Notes under the pieces: generated by a model
Databases searched by the model: none
Seen by the model: the letters and a program-made list of their open reading frames with translations, nothing else
What the model was told of the DNA's origin: nothing
Assembly (NCBI GenBank): GCA_964016885.1
Contig: OZ024745.1
Span: forward strand, 92,380,001-92,444,000
Reading direction: 5' to 3'
Length of the DNA stretch: 64,000 bases
Source: Eledone cirrhosa
Lineage: Eukaryota
In this document: positions 10,933 to 22,814 of the stretch, one piece after another
How the letters are laid out: each line of letters opens with the position of its first letter
Numbering within the stretch: the first letter of the stretch is position 1
Made by a program: the position numbers and the translations under genes

Positions 10933-12651
10933 CAGTGTGTAACATATTTTTTGTTCCGCAGTTCTAAGTGTCATTTCATGGTTTGTTATATCCCATTATT
11001 ATAAAAAAACACTATTATTTAATCAGAAGTTTGGGTTTGTGGTCAGGAGTTTGATATTTCAAAATTTTCATATTTTTCAAGAAAAAACACATTTTTAAAA
11101 GATTTATCAGATCATATAATTAAATCAACAGAGTATATATTTATTTTATTACACAAGCTTATCAAAAGCAAACAAGTAAAAACAAATAACACTTATAAAG
11201 CAACTTATACACGTCAGAAATGACTAGATTTCCTGGATTTGCGGTTGTAGTCCAGGTCGCATTCCCGCACTAGCCCCCAGATATAGTCCCCATCATTTTT
11301 TCATTGTAGTGGCCCTGGTACCTCCTCTCTATCTCTTTCACATCTTGGTGAAATCGTTCGCCTTGTTCTTCTGAGTAGGCGCCCATATTGTCCTTGAATT
11401 TTTCCAGGTGAGCGTCCAGCATATGGAGTTTAAGCGACATCCTGCATCCCATGACACCAAAAGCCTTTATCAGATCCTGCACCAGTTGCTGGTAGTTTTC
11501 AGCTCTGTAGTTGCCCAGGAAGCCCTTAACAACTGCCTTGAAACAGTTCCATGCTGTTCTCTCAATCCTATTGAGCTTATTGGAGAACTCGGTAGACTCA
11601 AACACCTTCTTTATCTGAGGTCCAACAAAAATTCCACCTTTGATTTTGGCCTCAGATAACTTGGGGAAGAACTCAAGAAGGTACTTAAAAGCAGCTGATT
11701 CTTGGTTGAGAGTCTTCACAAACAGCTTCATCAACCCCAACTTAATGTGCAGTGGTGGCATGAGCACAATCCTGGGATCAACCAGTGGCTCCCACATGAC
11801 GTTCCGGGTCCCAACTACAAATTCTGTTCGCTGCTCCCAGTTCTTTCTTTTGTAGTAGTCAGAGATGGCTCTGCTGTCCCAAAGGCAGAGGAAACATTGG
11901 AATTTGATAAAGCCTCCTTGGAGTCCAAGCAGGAAAGCCACCATCTTGAAGTCTCCAATGAATTCCCAATTCTACTGGTTGTATTGCAGAGCTTCCAAGA
12001 GGACTTTCACACTGTAGTAATCTTCCTTCAGGCAGACTGAATGAGCTAGGGGCAGTGTCCGGAACTTGTTTCCCTTGTGGAGGAGGACAGCCTTCAAACT
12101 TGTGGTGGAGCTGTCCATAAATAGCCGCCACTCCTTGGGCACAAACGGCACCCCAATAATGTCAAACAGTCCAGGCACGTCATGGCAGAAGCAGAGGCCC
12201 TCCCTAAGAGTGTAAAAGCCTGAGAAAGGTTCGTGTCAACTTCTCTGACTTGTCACCTGCACTTCCTCCTTGACCAAGTTCCACTGCTTCATCCTGGAGA
12301 TGAATGCTTAAAACTTTATTCAGGGTCCGAAAATCCAGTATCAATAAATCTCTTTAATCCACTTTTTAACAATTTTATACTTTATTGCACTTTTATAATT
12401 TTCTTTAGGTATTATTCTTTATTTTATAATTTTAATTTAACCTGAAACATATATAAAAAAATCATTTAACATAAGCAAATTAAACTTACATACAACGTAA
12501 AATCCAGCATACAAATAATTCTAGTGAATAGCTTAGAATTTTTACAAACCCAAACTTTTAACTGTTTTTATTTATTTGGGACCTAAGCAACACAAAAAAA
12601 GTGATTACAAGCCAGGAACAGAGGAAAAAAAAAATTTTTTGTTACACAGTG
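10933..12651 (-). mobile_element. Chapaev(3)-type DNA transposon, internally deleted and frameshifted
   Basis: Imperfect TIRs CA(G/C)TGTGTAACA... at 10933 and ...TGTTACACAGTG at 12651. Transposase motifs WRLFMDSS, LGLQGGFIKFQCFLCLWDSR, PPLHIKLGLMK, GIFVGPQI, MSLKLHML, SEEQGERFHQD. The family assignment comes from recalled motifs. Confidence 0.7.
11270..12300 (-). pseudogene. Transposase pseudogene of the Chapaev-type element
   Basis: ORF pieces 11972-12178 and 11270-11944 are separated by a stop. The N-terminus is missing and the C-terminus is frameshifted. Confidence 0.75.
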
Positions 12652-12751
12652 ATATTTTTTATGATTTTTAAAACTGGAAATTCTTTCAACTGCTGATCAT
12701 AATCAGCAGTTGAAAGAATTTCCAGTTTTAAAAATCATAAGAAAAAATATC
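12651..12751. repeat. Near-perfect DNA palindrome (39-bp perfect arms, 4-nt centre)
   Basis: ttatgatttttaaaactggaaattctttcaactgctgat-cata-atcagcagttgaaagaatttccagttttaaaaatcataa. Confidence 0.95.
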
Positions 12752-12877
12752 AAATCAAATAAATAATCAATATAAGTACGTAGTCGAGAGATTTACTTTG
12801 AAGTGCTGAGAATATATTATTAATATAAAGAATGGTGTGCTCATGAGCATAGATGCTATGAAGTAGGGTGAAGACCA

Positions 12878-13367
12878 TTAACCCGTTAGCATTCACATTA
12901 CTCTATATTTACTATTATATTTTCACATAAAAGGCTTTCCTTCACATAATTGTCTCACATAACATCGAATCTACAAGATTTTGATATTTATTTTGAGAAC
13001 AATACATTAACGTTGGTATGAGTGGCCAGTTACGATCAGTTTGAACAGAAAGAGGTGAGAGAATTCTAGCCGGATATGGCCGGTTTAAATGCTAAAGGGT
13101 TAAAGGATAGAAAAAGAAGTTGCCAGTGGCTAGGCATTTTAACCCTTTAGCATTTAAACCGGCTGTATCTGGCCAGAATTCTCTCACTTCTTTCTGTTCA
13201 AACTGGCTGTAACTGGCCACTCATACTGATGTTAAGGTATTGTTCTCAAAATAAATAACATCAAAATCTCATAGATTTGATATTATGTCAGATAATTATG
13301 AGAAATTCAGCCTTTACTGGGAACATATAATAGTATATATAGAGTAATGTAAATGCTAAAGGGTTAA
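12878..13367. mobile_element. Two piggyBac-like MITEs (family 1) in inverted orientation
   Basis: Each is ~225 bp with TTAA-CCC(T/G)TTAGCATT...AATGCTAAAGGG-TTAA ends (12878-13103 and 13139-13367). An empty paralogous site at ~13570-13730 has a single TTAA. Confidence 0.85.
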
Positions 13368-13837
13368 AAGATAGAAAAAGAAGTTGCCATCAGTTGCTAT
13401 GAAGAATTGAACACCATATCTCCCAGATTCTGGCTAAGCACTTTAAACCATTAAGCTAAGGAACAATGACAAGTTTCCATTGTCTTTTTAACTATATAAC
13501 TAAACAACAGCTTTTCAGATGTCAGCAGACAAACAGACTGGCAGACATCTGTATGTAAACAAACAATATATGTAGTCGAGAGATCAGACTTTGAAATGCT
13601 GAGAATATATTATCAATGTAAAGAATGATGTGCTATAAAATAGCTTATAAAATAGGGTGGAGACCCTTAAAAGACAGATAAAGAAGTTGCCATCAGCCGT
13701 TATGAGGAATTGAACCTAATATCTCCCAGATATTGTTTGAAATACTATATTCTGTACTTTTTTCTCTTGCCTTCTGGAACAGTTCCCCATACTACAAAAA
13801 TATATTTTTGTGAGATTTAAAAAATAATTAGCCTAAT

Positions 13838-14450
13838 TTCTTCTTCTTCACCCACTTATTCTTGAAAGGGTCATGAGGGAAGAGTCCTCAAACACTCCTT
13901 CCAGCAGGTCCTATCAGAAGCATCCTTCTCCAACTGATCCAGCTGGATTCCCAAGCGAGATCAGCTGAACTCATGCATGTTATCCAACCATCTTGCTCGG
14001 GGTCTACCACTGGATCTCCTGCCAGTTGGTTTTTACCTGTAAAATCCGTCCAGTGATTCTTGCCTGAGACATTGTAACAACATGCCAATAGTATCGGAGC
14101 TGTAATTTCTTAATTTGGAGAAGTAGCAACTCTCCCTGGAGTGACTCTCTGATCTCTGAGCTATGCACTCTATCGTATAACGTAACTCTAAAGACCTTTC
14201 GGAGGAGCGCCATTTTGTCTGCTTGTATTCGCGATTGTATTCTTTCGATCATTACCCAAGATTCATGACCAGGTTTAGCATGAAGGGTTAACATGAATAT
14301 CAAATTGAAGATAGCAAGTTTCGCTTTTACACCTACCTCCCTTCTTCTGATTACTGAATGCTGAAGCTGGCGCATTACTGCACCAGCTCCTGCAATTCCT
14401 GCACTTACTGCAGCTTCCTGCCTTCCATCACTCGTGAACGCAGCCCTTAT
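13838..14450 (-). mobile_element. Decayed RTE LINE 3' portion with (GAA)n tail
   Basis: Peptides AKLAIFNLIF...GHESWVM...RIQADKMALLR...LQLRYYWHV. A related 3' fragment is at ~34113-34290. Confidence 0.75.
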
Positions 14451-14854
14451 TTTTCTTAATTTTCTTCTCTTCATTAGATAATAGAATATGGCTATGACAC
14501 TTTAACAACTTAGATTTTCTGCAATTATCACAGTCTACTTCTGTTCCATTGTGCAGTTTTCTGCACTATTGATGCAATTGCAAACAGATTCTTGATGTTG
14601 GTACATTTCATATTTTCTGTCTCTCATCATTCAGAGAGAATATTGATCAGAATTGATAGTGAAAGCAAAAGAATGAAGATGGAAGAGTATCAAAGAAATA
14701 ATAATAATAATAAATAATTGCTTCAAAGAAGAATTATTCAGACCTACTTTGGATTTACTTCACATTTTATCATTATTATTATTGTTGTTGTTACTGTTGC
14801 ACTACATTCCATGTTAGCAGTTAGCAGATTGAATTCTTTTCTCTTCAATTGTAA

Positions 14855-14862
14855 TATATATC

Positions 14863-14945
<83 letters not shown>

Positions 14946-14965
14946 GTATATATATATATGTATAT

Positions 14966-15027
<62 letters not shown>

Positions 15028-15069
15028 GTATATATATATATGTATATATATATATACACATATATAAAC

Positions 15070-15100
<31 letters not shown>

Positions 15101-15615
15101 CATATATATATGTGAGTGTATACATATATATATATATATATACACTCACACACACATATATATATATATATATGTATACACTCACACACACACATATATA
15201 TATATATATATGTATACACTCACACACACATATATATATATATATATGTATACACTCACACACACATATATATATATATATATGTATACACTCACACACA
15301 CATATATATATATATATATATACACTCACACACACACATATATATATATATGTATACACTCACACACACATATATATATATATATATGTATACACTCACA
15401 CACACATATATATATATATATGTATACACTCACACACACACACATATATATATATATATGTATACACTCACACACACATATATATATATATGTATATGTA
15501 TACACTCACACACACATATATATATATATGTATATGTATACACTCACACACACATATATATATATATGTATATGTATACACACACACACACACACACATA
15601 TACATACATATAAAT
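14855..15615. repeat. Compound (TA)n/(CA)n microsatellite with a higher-order ~35-40-bp unit
   Basis: The unit tatgtatacactcacacacacatatatata... recurs. It explains the YI/HT-rich spurious ORFs. Confidence 0.95.
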
Positions 15616-15790
15616 ATCTTGTGTCTATCATAGAGATATTCCATTTGTTTCAGAGAATTTATTGTCTGTTTCAGATGCCTGTCAAAGACAATTATATTCT
15701 TGTGTTGCAAGTAAACAACTAAATGCAAATTAATTTTTCTTTAGGTTTTTATTATTGAATGCATTATAAAAGAAAGATGAACTAAATAGG

Positions 15791-15834
<44 letters not shown>

Positions 15835-15889
15835 CGTTTCTGAATTTGTTTAGCAAGATTCTTTATCTGAAATCGTGTGTTGAAACCGA

Positions 15890-16172
15890 TATTGTTATAC
15901 TTTGGGAGGGTCATGTTGCCAATAAGAAACACACGCACCAGTTGCTTTCACTTCAATTTATTATAATAAATTTATAATAAATTTATAATAAATTTATAAA
16001 TTTATAAATTTCTGGTTGGTTGGTTGGTTCCACAACCAGATAGTTGTTTATATATTGTCATAGTTCTTTCGTCACACACTCTGCGACCTCTTCAGTGACT
16101 TGGGATTCCTTTCTTTGTTTCTGTGCCTCTCCTTTGTTCTGTCCTATGACCCTCCCAAAGTATAACAATATA
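15890..16172 (-). mobile_element. Penelope-like pseudo-LTR remnant bounded by a 26-bp inverted repeat, in (TA)n
   Basis: atattgttatactttgggagggtcat at ~15890 versus atgaccctcccaaagtataacaatat at ~16146. Contains a hammerhead motif. Confidence 0.6.
16057..16099 (-). ncRNA. Minimal type-I hammerhead ribozyme motif (HH1)
   Basis: Minus strand: GTCA-CTGAAGA-G-GTCGCA(gagtg)TGTGAC-GAAAG-aa-CTA-TGAC. Stems I, II and III and the core boxes are present, with one extra G before stem II. Confidence 0.7.
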
Positions 16173-16229
16173 TATATATGAAATAAAGTTAAATAAAAGT
16201 CAAATGATTAAAATTTAGCTTCGTTTATT

Positions 16230-16284
16230 ACTGCTATATATATTTCAGTGACAGCCATCTTTGGCTGTGACCTCTTCAGGCAGT
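16230..16284 (-). ncRNA. Minimal type-I hammerhead ribozyme motif (HH2)
   Basis: Minus strand: ACTGC-CTGAAGA-GGTcACAGCC(aaagat)GGCTGTcACT-GAAA-(TA)n-GCAGT. 5-bp stem I and palindromic stem III. Confidence 0.8.
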
Positions 16285-16487
16285 TTGAATTAGTATGGTA
16301 TAGACAAGTACATATGTTGTTTAGGTGTATAATATTGTCAATACTCTGATATGCCCAGTTCCTTGTTGGGTTGTTAATTCACTGAGGAACTGGAGTCATA
16401 TGAATTCAAACAAACGAATTTCAGTGTCAAAGGTCCCCTTCTCCTCTCATTGGTCAGTTATTAGAACATTCCTCATATATATATATG

Positions 16488-16558
<71 letters not shown>

Positions 16559-16700
16559 TATATATAAGCAAAGAGATATTTAATTTGTTGGTTATTCAAC
16601 AAATTTATTTATAACAGATTCGAAACACTCTACAGAATTCTTCTGGAGTATAATATCAATGATATTAATAACTGGAAACTATATTTATAAAACCATATTT

Positions 16701-16759
16701 ATTTTATTATATATATTTCAAGGGTACCAAAATTTTGGTACGCTCTCATCAGATAAAAT
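16701..16759 (-). ncRNA. Hammerhead ribozyme motif HH3 (left-arm copy)
   Basis: Reverse complement of 19879-19937, with intact CTGATGA and GAAA boxes. Confidence 0.8.
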
Positions 16760-17355
16760 ACAAAAGTTGTTTTATAAGTATTGACATATCCAAAAAACAA
16801 GATCTTATCATTTTAAGTTCAGTTTGGATAGTGAAAGAAATTTCAAATCTTATGATGAATATGTTAATTAAGCTAAACGTACAATTGAAAAAGATCGTTA
16901 TATTTAGACGCTAGGTAAATTTAAAATATTTAAGAGAAGAATAGAGATAGGTTAATATTAATATTAGGGTGTAAGAAAATTTAAGGAATGTGTTTAAGAA
17001 AAGAATTATATTATAGTTAGAAATACACTATTATTATTAAAATATAATTGTATGGCTCAAATCAGTGATGGTGTAAAGAGAGTGATACAATTATATTTAT
17101 TTATTTAATTATAATTATACACCCTGGTAGTATCTATAAAAGAACCATATGAGAACCATAAATGTGTTGGAATGGTGGAATATCAATTTTAAAATTGAGA
17201 GATAGTACTAATTATTGGATTTAATAATATTATAACTCACGATTAGAATAAATCCAATAATTAGTACTATCTCTCAATTTTAAAATTGGTATTCCCCCAC
17301 CTCCAACACATTTATGGTTCTCATATAATTTTATGGATACTACCGGGGTGTATAA

Positions 17356-17925
17356 TCTCCTTATAATATATAACCAGCAATTTCTCTGTTTGTCTGTCTG
17401 TCCGACAGTGGAAACACGTGCGCGCGTGCGAATGTTTTTTGCGCACGCGTAGAGAGAGAGTGAGAGTGAAAGAAAGAGACATACTACGAGAGGGGGATAG
17501 CGGGAGGGAGAGAGGGAGAGAGAGAGAGTGAATAGATGCTAAAACAGGTGTGCGCGTGCGAATATTTTTTGCGCACGCGTAGAAAGAGAGTGAGAGTGAA
17601 AGAAAGAGACAGACTACAAGAGGGGGATAGCGGGAGGGAGAGAAGGGGGAATTGAGGAGTGCTACAGAAACATATATACATTTCTGTGTGTGTGTAATAT
17701 ATATATATATATACACACACAGAAATATATATATATACACACAGAAATATATATACATTTCTGTGTGCAATATATATATATATACACACAGAAATATATA
17801 TACATTTCTGTGTGTGTAATATATATATATATATATATACACACACAGAAATATATATACATTTCTGTGTGTGTAATATATATATATACTAGCAGAAAAC
17901 CACGCAGTGGGCGGTTTTCTGCTAG
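17356..17925 (+). mobile_element. Non-autonomous Helitron 1 of the tandem array
   Basis: Starts TC after host A (17355) and ends ...ggttttctgCTAG. It has internal tandem duplications and microsatellites. Confidence 0.7.
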
Positions 17926-18806
17926 TCTATATATATAAAACTGAGGATGTCTGTGTGTGTGTGAGTTCGAATCCCTAAAACTCGAGAAGCACCCAACCGA
18001 CTGTTTTCAAACTTTACACATGTAATACTTATGTTTCAGGGAGTGTTCTGAGGAAAAAAAATTTCAAATTTTCTATGCCCCAGGGACCACATTAGGCGAT
18101 TTAGCGATATGTCGCTCTATAATTCTTAGTCTTTCTCTTTTTAGATAGATACATACTTATAACGTCGCGCCCTTATAATATCTGTCTGTATGTCTGACTG
18201 TCTGCATTATGTCACTTCCTTGATGTGTGTGTGTGTGAGTTTGAATCCCTAAAACTCAAGAAGTACCCAACCGATTTTTTTCAAACTTTACATGTGTATT
18301 ACTTATGTTTCAGGGAGTGTTATGCACATAAATCAACTTTTTTTCTATATCCTAGCCCGCATTAGGTGAAAAACTGCGTTGTTTAACATTTTTAGGGGTC
18401 TTTTTTAGGCGTTACGTCAGACCGATTTCCTTGAAATTGTAACTATGTATTAGTCAGTCTCTTCTTCATACCGTAAGCAAAGAAAATCCAACTTTCTTAT
18501 GGCCTAGGGCCCGCATTAGGTGAAAAACTTCATTTTTTCAGCTTCTTAGGGCTTTTTTGAGGTGTTACGTCTAGCCGTTTTTCCCGAAATTTCAAAAAAA
18601 ATTCATTTTCTTGATCCCCTAGGGCCCGCATTAGGTGAAAACCTGTATTTTTCCTGCTTCATCGAGGAAAATCTTAAAGATTATCCAGCCATCAGAGTAT
18701 TCGGTTTATTTTCTTTACATATTGTCCAGGCATGCAGTTTTTAGGTCTATCGGCGGCCCGCGTTCCAAAATACCTTACCCCGTGCAACGCCGGGTACCAC
18801 TGCTAG
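17926..18806 (+). mobile_element. Non-autonomous Helitron 2 of the tandem array
   Basis: TCtatatatataaaactgaggatgtctgtgtg start, and cccgtgcaacgccggg hairpin + CTAG end. Confidence 0.85.
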
Positions 18807-19555
18807 TCTACATATCTAAAACAGAGAATGTCTGTCTGTCTGTCTGTCTGACTGACTCCCTAAAACTCGAGAACCACCCAACTGATTGTTTTCAAATTTT
18901 ACACATGTAATACTTATGGTCCTGTAAGTGTTTTGAGCAAAACATATTTCAAATTTTCAATGCCCTAGGGACCGCATTAGGTGATTTAGTGATCTCTCTC
19001 TATAATTCTTAGTCTTTCTTTTTAGATAGATACATAGATATAACGTTGCGCCCTTATAATATCTGTCTGTGTGTCTGGCTGTCTGCATTAGGACATTATG
19101 ACGCTATCTGTGTGTGTGTGTATATATGTATATATGTATATAGTGCGTGTGTATATATATATAGTGTGTAACGTTTTTTGAAGTATTTACTTCTGATTTC
19201 ACAGATTGATGTTTTTAGTTTCAGAAGATCCCATTAAGGGTGAAAGCAGCGATTCTTTGCTTAAACTTTAATCTGTTATTGTAATATATATATATAATTA
19301 TATATTCATGTACAGATATTTGTGCATACACAATAACAAAATATAAACAAAAGTATTTATTTTGCAATAAAGTATTGATTTTCTTTGCACGGAAAAAACC
19401 CTGGTAATCTACGACAAATTTTTTTTATAAGCACAAAATGTAGACACCATCCCGAGGCCGAGGTATTCCATACTTCTCTGTACTGTTTCAGAAAGGAGGG
19501 ATAAACATGCCAATCTATGTTTAGAATCCCGAGCAATGCCAGGCCATTCTGCTAG
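18807..19555 (+). mobile_element. Non-autonomous Helitron 3 of the tandem array
   Basis: TCtacatatctaaaacagagaatgtctgtctg start, and cccgagcaatgccagg hairpin + CTAG end followed by host T. Confidence 0.85.
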
Positions 19556-19878
19556 TTATAATTAAATACACCATCACTGATTTGATCCATACAATTATAT
19601 TTTAATAATAATAGTGTATTTCTAACTATAATATAATTCTTTTCTTATACTCATTCCTTAAATTTTCTTAACCCTAATATTAATATTAACTTTTCTCTCT
19701 TTTTCCCTTAAATATTTAAATTTACCTAGCGTCTTAATATAACAATCTTTTTCAACTGTACGTTTAGCCTAATTAACATATTCATCCTAAGATTTGAAAT
19801 TTCTTTCACTATCCAAACTGAACTTAAAACGATAAGTTCTTATTTTTGGATATGTCAATACTTATAAAACACATTTAT

Positions 19879-19937
19879 ATTTTATCTGATGAGAGCGTAC
19901 CAAAACTTTGGTACCCTTGAAATATATATAATAAAAT
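19879..19937 (+). ncRNA. Hammerhead ribozyme motif HH3 (right-arm copy, sense to the host gene)
   Basis: ATTTTAT-CTGATGA-GAGcGTACCAAA(ac)TTTGGTACcCTT-GAAA-TATATA-TA-ATAAAAT. Confidence 0.8.
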
Positions 19938-19980
19938 AAATATGGTTTTATAAAGATAGTTTCCATTTATTAATATCATT

Positions 19981-20012
<32 letters not shown>

Positions 20013-20231
20013 TGAAAAAGTGGAGAATAACATGGTCAACAGTACAAAAAGGAGATTTATTTGCAGTCAAACAATTGATTCACTGATAAAGTTGTCTAAA
20101 AATTGCTGAACACTAAAAGCAGTGCCACTCAATTTTAAATACGATGTTAGCTCGATCAGATCTTCGGAAACTGTTAAAAAAATATATATGTAACTGGCAA
20201 ATTTACAAATTCAAATTACATCATCAATAAT

Positions 20232-20420
20232 AATTGTTTCTACTTTTGGCACAAGGCCAGCAATTACCCAGTGTATTACTGGTACTTTATTTTATCGATC
20301 CCATAAAGATGAAAGGCAAAGTTAACCTCGGCGGGATTTGAACTCAGAATGTCAAGGGCCGTAACTCTATGCTTCAAAGCATGGTGTCCGACCCTCTACC
20401 GATACTGCCAATCCACCAAT
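20232..20420 (-). mobile_element. tRNA-derived SINE family A inserted in the Penelope element
   Basis: Reverse complement of ggtggattggcagtatcggtagagg...gagttcaaatcccgccgagg...gtaccagt...tggccttgtgcc. Confidence 0.85.
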
Positions 20421-20434
20421 AAAGATATATAGGA

Positions 20435-22814
20435 ATGTCCTTAAAAAACATACCTATACCTACAAATAAGGAATATATGCTCGGTATGATACAAAGAACT
20501 AATGACTTTATCCGTAGAATCAGATTGAAAGCATATTATTACTTTAAAGGACATAATAATAGTGATAGAAATAATGGGTCTACCAGTGAAAAATATGGGT
20601 TTAAATCTTGCAAAAATCCACCGAACAACCCACAACTTGATGCCTTTGAACTTGACCTCATGAACATGATAAAAGAAACTAAATTCGAAAAACAAACACA
20701 TCATAACAAACTACAAAATAACATCAATGCACTACTAAAAAAATTACATAGCACCAATGGTAAAGGCAGACAAAACATCAAATGTATACACCATGAGCCT
20801 TAATACATACAACAATTTTATATGCCGGGAATTACATAAAAAATACAAGAATACTACAGAGTCTACACTCAATAGCATTAACAAGGAAGGTCTTAACATA
20901 GTAAAAAAACTTAAAATATCTGATAGAACCGAACCTCTAACCCCTTGTAAACCCACTTTTAATCTGAAGGATCATAAATGTAACTTCAAAACTAACCCTA
21001 CTATTAGATTAATATGTCCATCAAAATCAGATATAGGCAGAATTAACAAGTTTATACCAAATAGAATAATACCACAAATTAAAGAACAACTAATAATCAA
21101 GCTCTGGGGTAACACAAATGAGGCAATAGATTGGTTTAATAAATTAGAAAATAGAAAATCTTCCGACTTTATACAATTTGACATAAATGACTACTACTCT
21201 TCTATTTCCCCAGTTACCCTAAATGAGGCACTATCCTTTGCACATAAAAACTCTGACCTTTCACCAGATGAAATTAAAATAATACTAGCTGCTAGAAGAA
21301 CAATCATTAAATTCGACAATAGTTACTGGGAGCGAAAAAATAGACAGAATAACTTCGATATAACTATAGGATCAAATGATTCAGTCCAAATTACAGACAT
21401 TGTTGGAATTTATATAGTACATTTCTTACATAGGGAATTTGATAACCTACAAGGAGGAATCTATAGAGATGATACACTACTTTTAGCTAAAAACTTAAAT
21501 AATCAAAACTTAGAAAGATTAAGGAAAAAGATTAGAAAATTCTTTAATAATTTAGGCCTTAACATCACTTTTGAACCCAACTCTAAAAAAGCTAACTTCT
21601 TAGATGTATCGCTCAACCTTAACTCAGGACTAATAGAACCCTTCCATAAAAATAATGAAAATTTAGCTTACATTGATTATAATTCTAATCACCCTCGATC
21701 CATAATTAACTCCATAGCACATAGTATATCCCTTAGAATCTCGCACCTATCTTCTAACCTAGAAATGTTTAACAAACACGCTAACTACTACAACATAGCT
21801 TTACTTAAGGCAGGCCATAAAGAGAGACTCAAATACATACCAGATACAAAAAATAACAACACACTTAATATTAATAGCACCATCCACACCTATAGAAACA
21901 ACAAACCTAAGACTAAACATAAAAATTGGTAACAAGCACGCAAATTAAAGGAACAGAATACTAATATAAAGACCACTAATAACTACAGAAGATGCAGAAA
22001 TAGAAACTACTTATGGTTCAATCCAATGTTTAACTCCTCTATAAATACTAAGCTACCTTACACTTTCTTCAAATTAGTTTACAAACACTTCCCTAAAATT
22101 CATATATATCATAAAATCTTTAATAGAAAAACTATCAAACTATCATACTCCACTGCCAACAACATAGAATCGCACATACATAAAATTAACTATAATAGAA
22201 TTTATAATACAAGTGGTTCACAAATAAGTACCATAACACCAAATACAAAACATAAGCATATAACATCATCACAACCAAACACACGTCAGAGCACATCATC
22301 ACAATACATCAACAAACCCAATTCTCAGCCCATACATAGCAACCTACAAAACCATATAGAAGAACCAGCGCATAGAAAAGCATCTAAATGTAACTGCCAT
22401 CTACCTGACAAATGCCCTTTACAAAATAGATGCCTAGAGACAAATATAGTATACCTATGTACTATAAATTCAGGTAGCTTAGCATAGCATTACATTGGTT
22501 CCACAGCTGGGGACTTTAAGAAAAGGTGGTACGTACATAGACACTCTATGACTAACAGAAATCTCTTAAATACAACGACTCTCGCCAATAAAATCTGGCA
22601 ACTCAAAGATGCAAACATGGAATATAAAATCAGCTGGACAAAGCTATCAAAAGCAAAGGCCTATCAAATTGGTATGTCCCACTGTGGTCTCTGTAATATG
22701 GAACTTTTCCAAATTTTAAATTGCAACAAAATTCTTCTTAACAGTAAAATTGAAAGAACTATTTTTTGTCGACATAAATCGGCAATTAAATTTGAGAACT
22801 TTAGACCAGCTTAA
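20435..22814 (+). pseudogene. Penelope-like RT + GIY-YIG endonuclease ORF (frameshift and stops)
   Basis: VKADKT, LKDHK, RLICP, FDINDYYSSI, GIYRDD, FLDVSLN, YIDYNSNHP. Linker CNCHLPDKCPLQNRC, then IVYLC...HYIGST..FKKRWYVH and CGLC. Confidence 0.9.

Larger units (their letters stand above)
16654..19984. mobile_element. Penelope-type fold-back (inverted pseudo-LTR pair, ~550-bp arms) interrupted by three Helitrons
   Basis: The left arm 16654-~17222 is the reverse complement of ~17250-17355 plus 19556-19984. Each arm carries a hammerhead, and the structure lies in or next to (TA)n. Confidence 0.8.

Noticed and set aside
14635-14717. Possible extra host exon after tcattcag
   Set aside because: The frame runs into an (AAT)n stop with no donor site. 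The similar candidates at 23-103 and ~41942-41964 have stops or break the frame.
14718-15728. Long YI/HT-rich ORFs (also 23961-24368, 36210-37079, 39083-39604)
   Set aside because: These are translations of (TA)n/(CA)n microsatellites, which lack stop codons.
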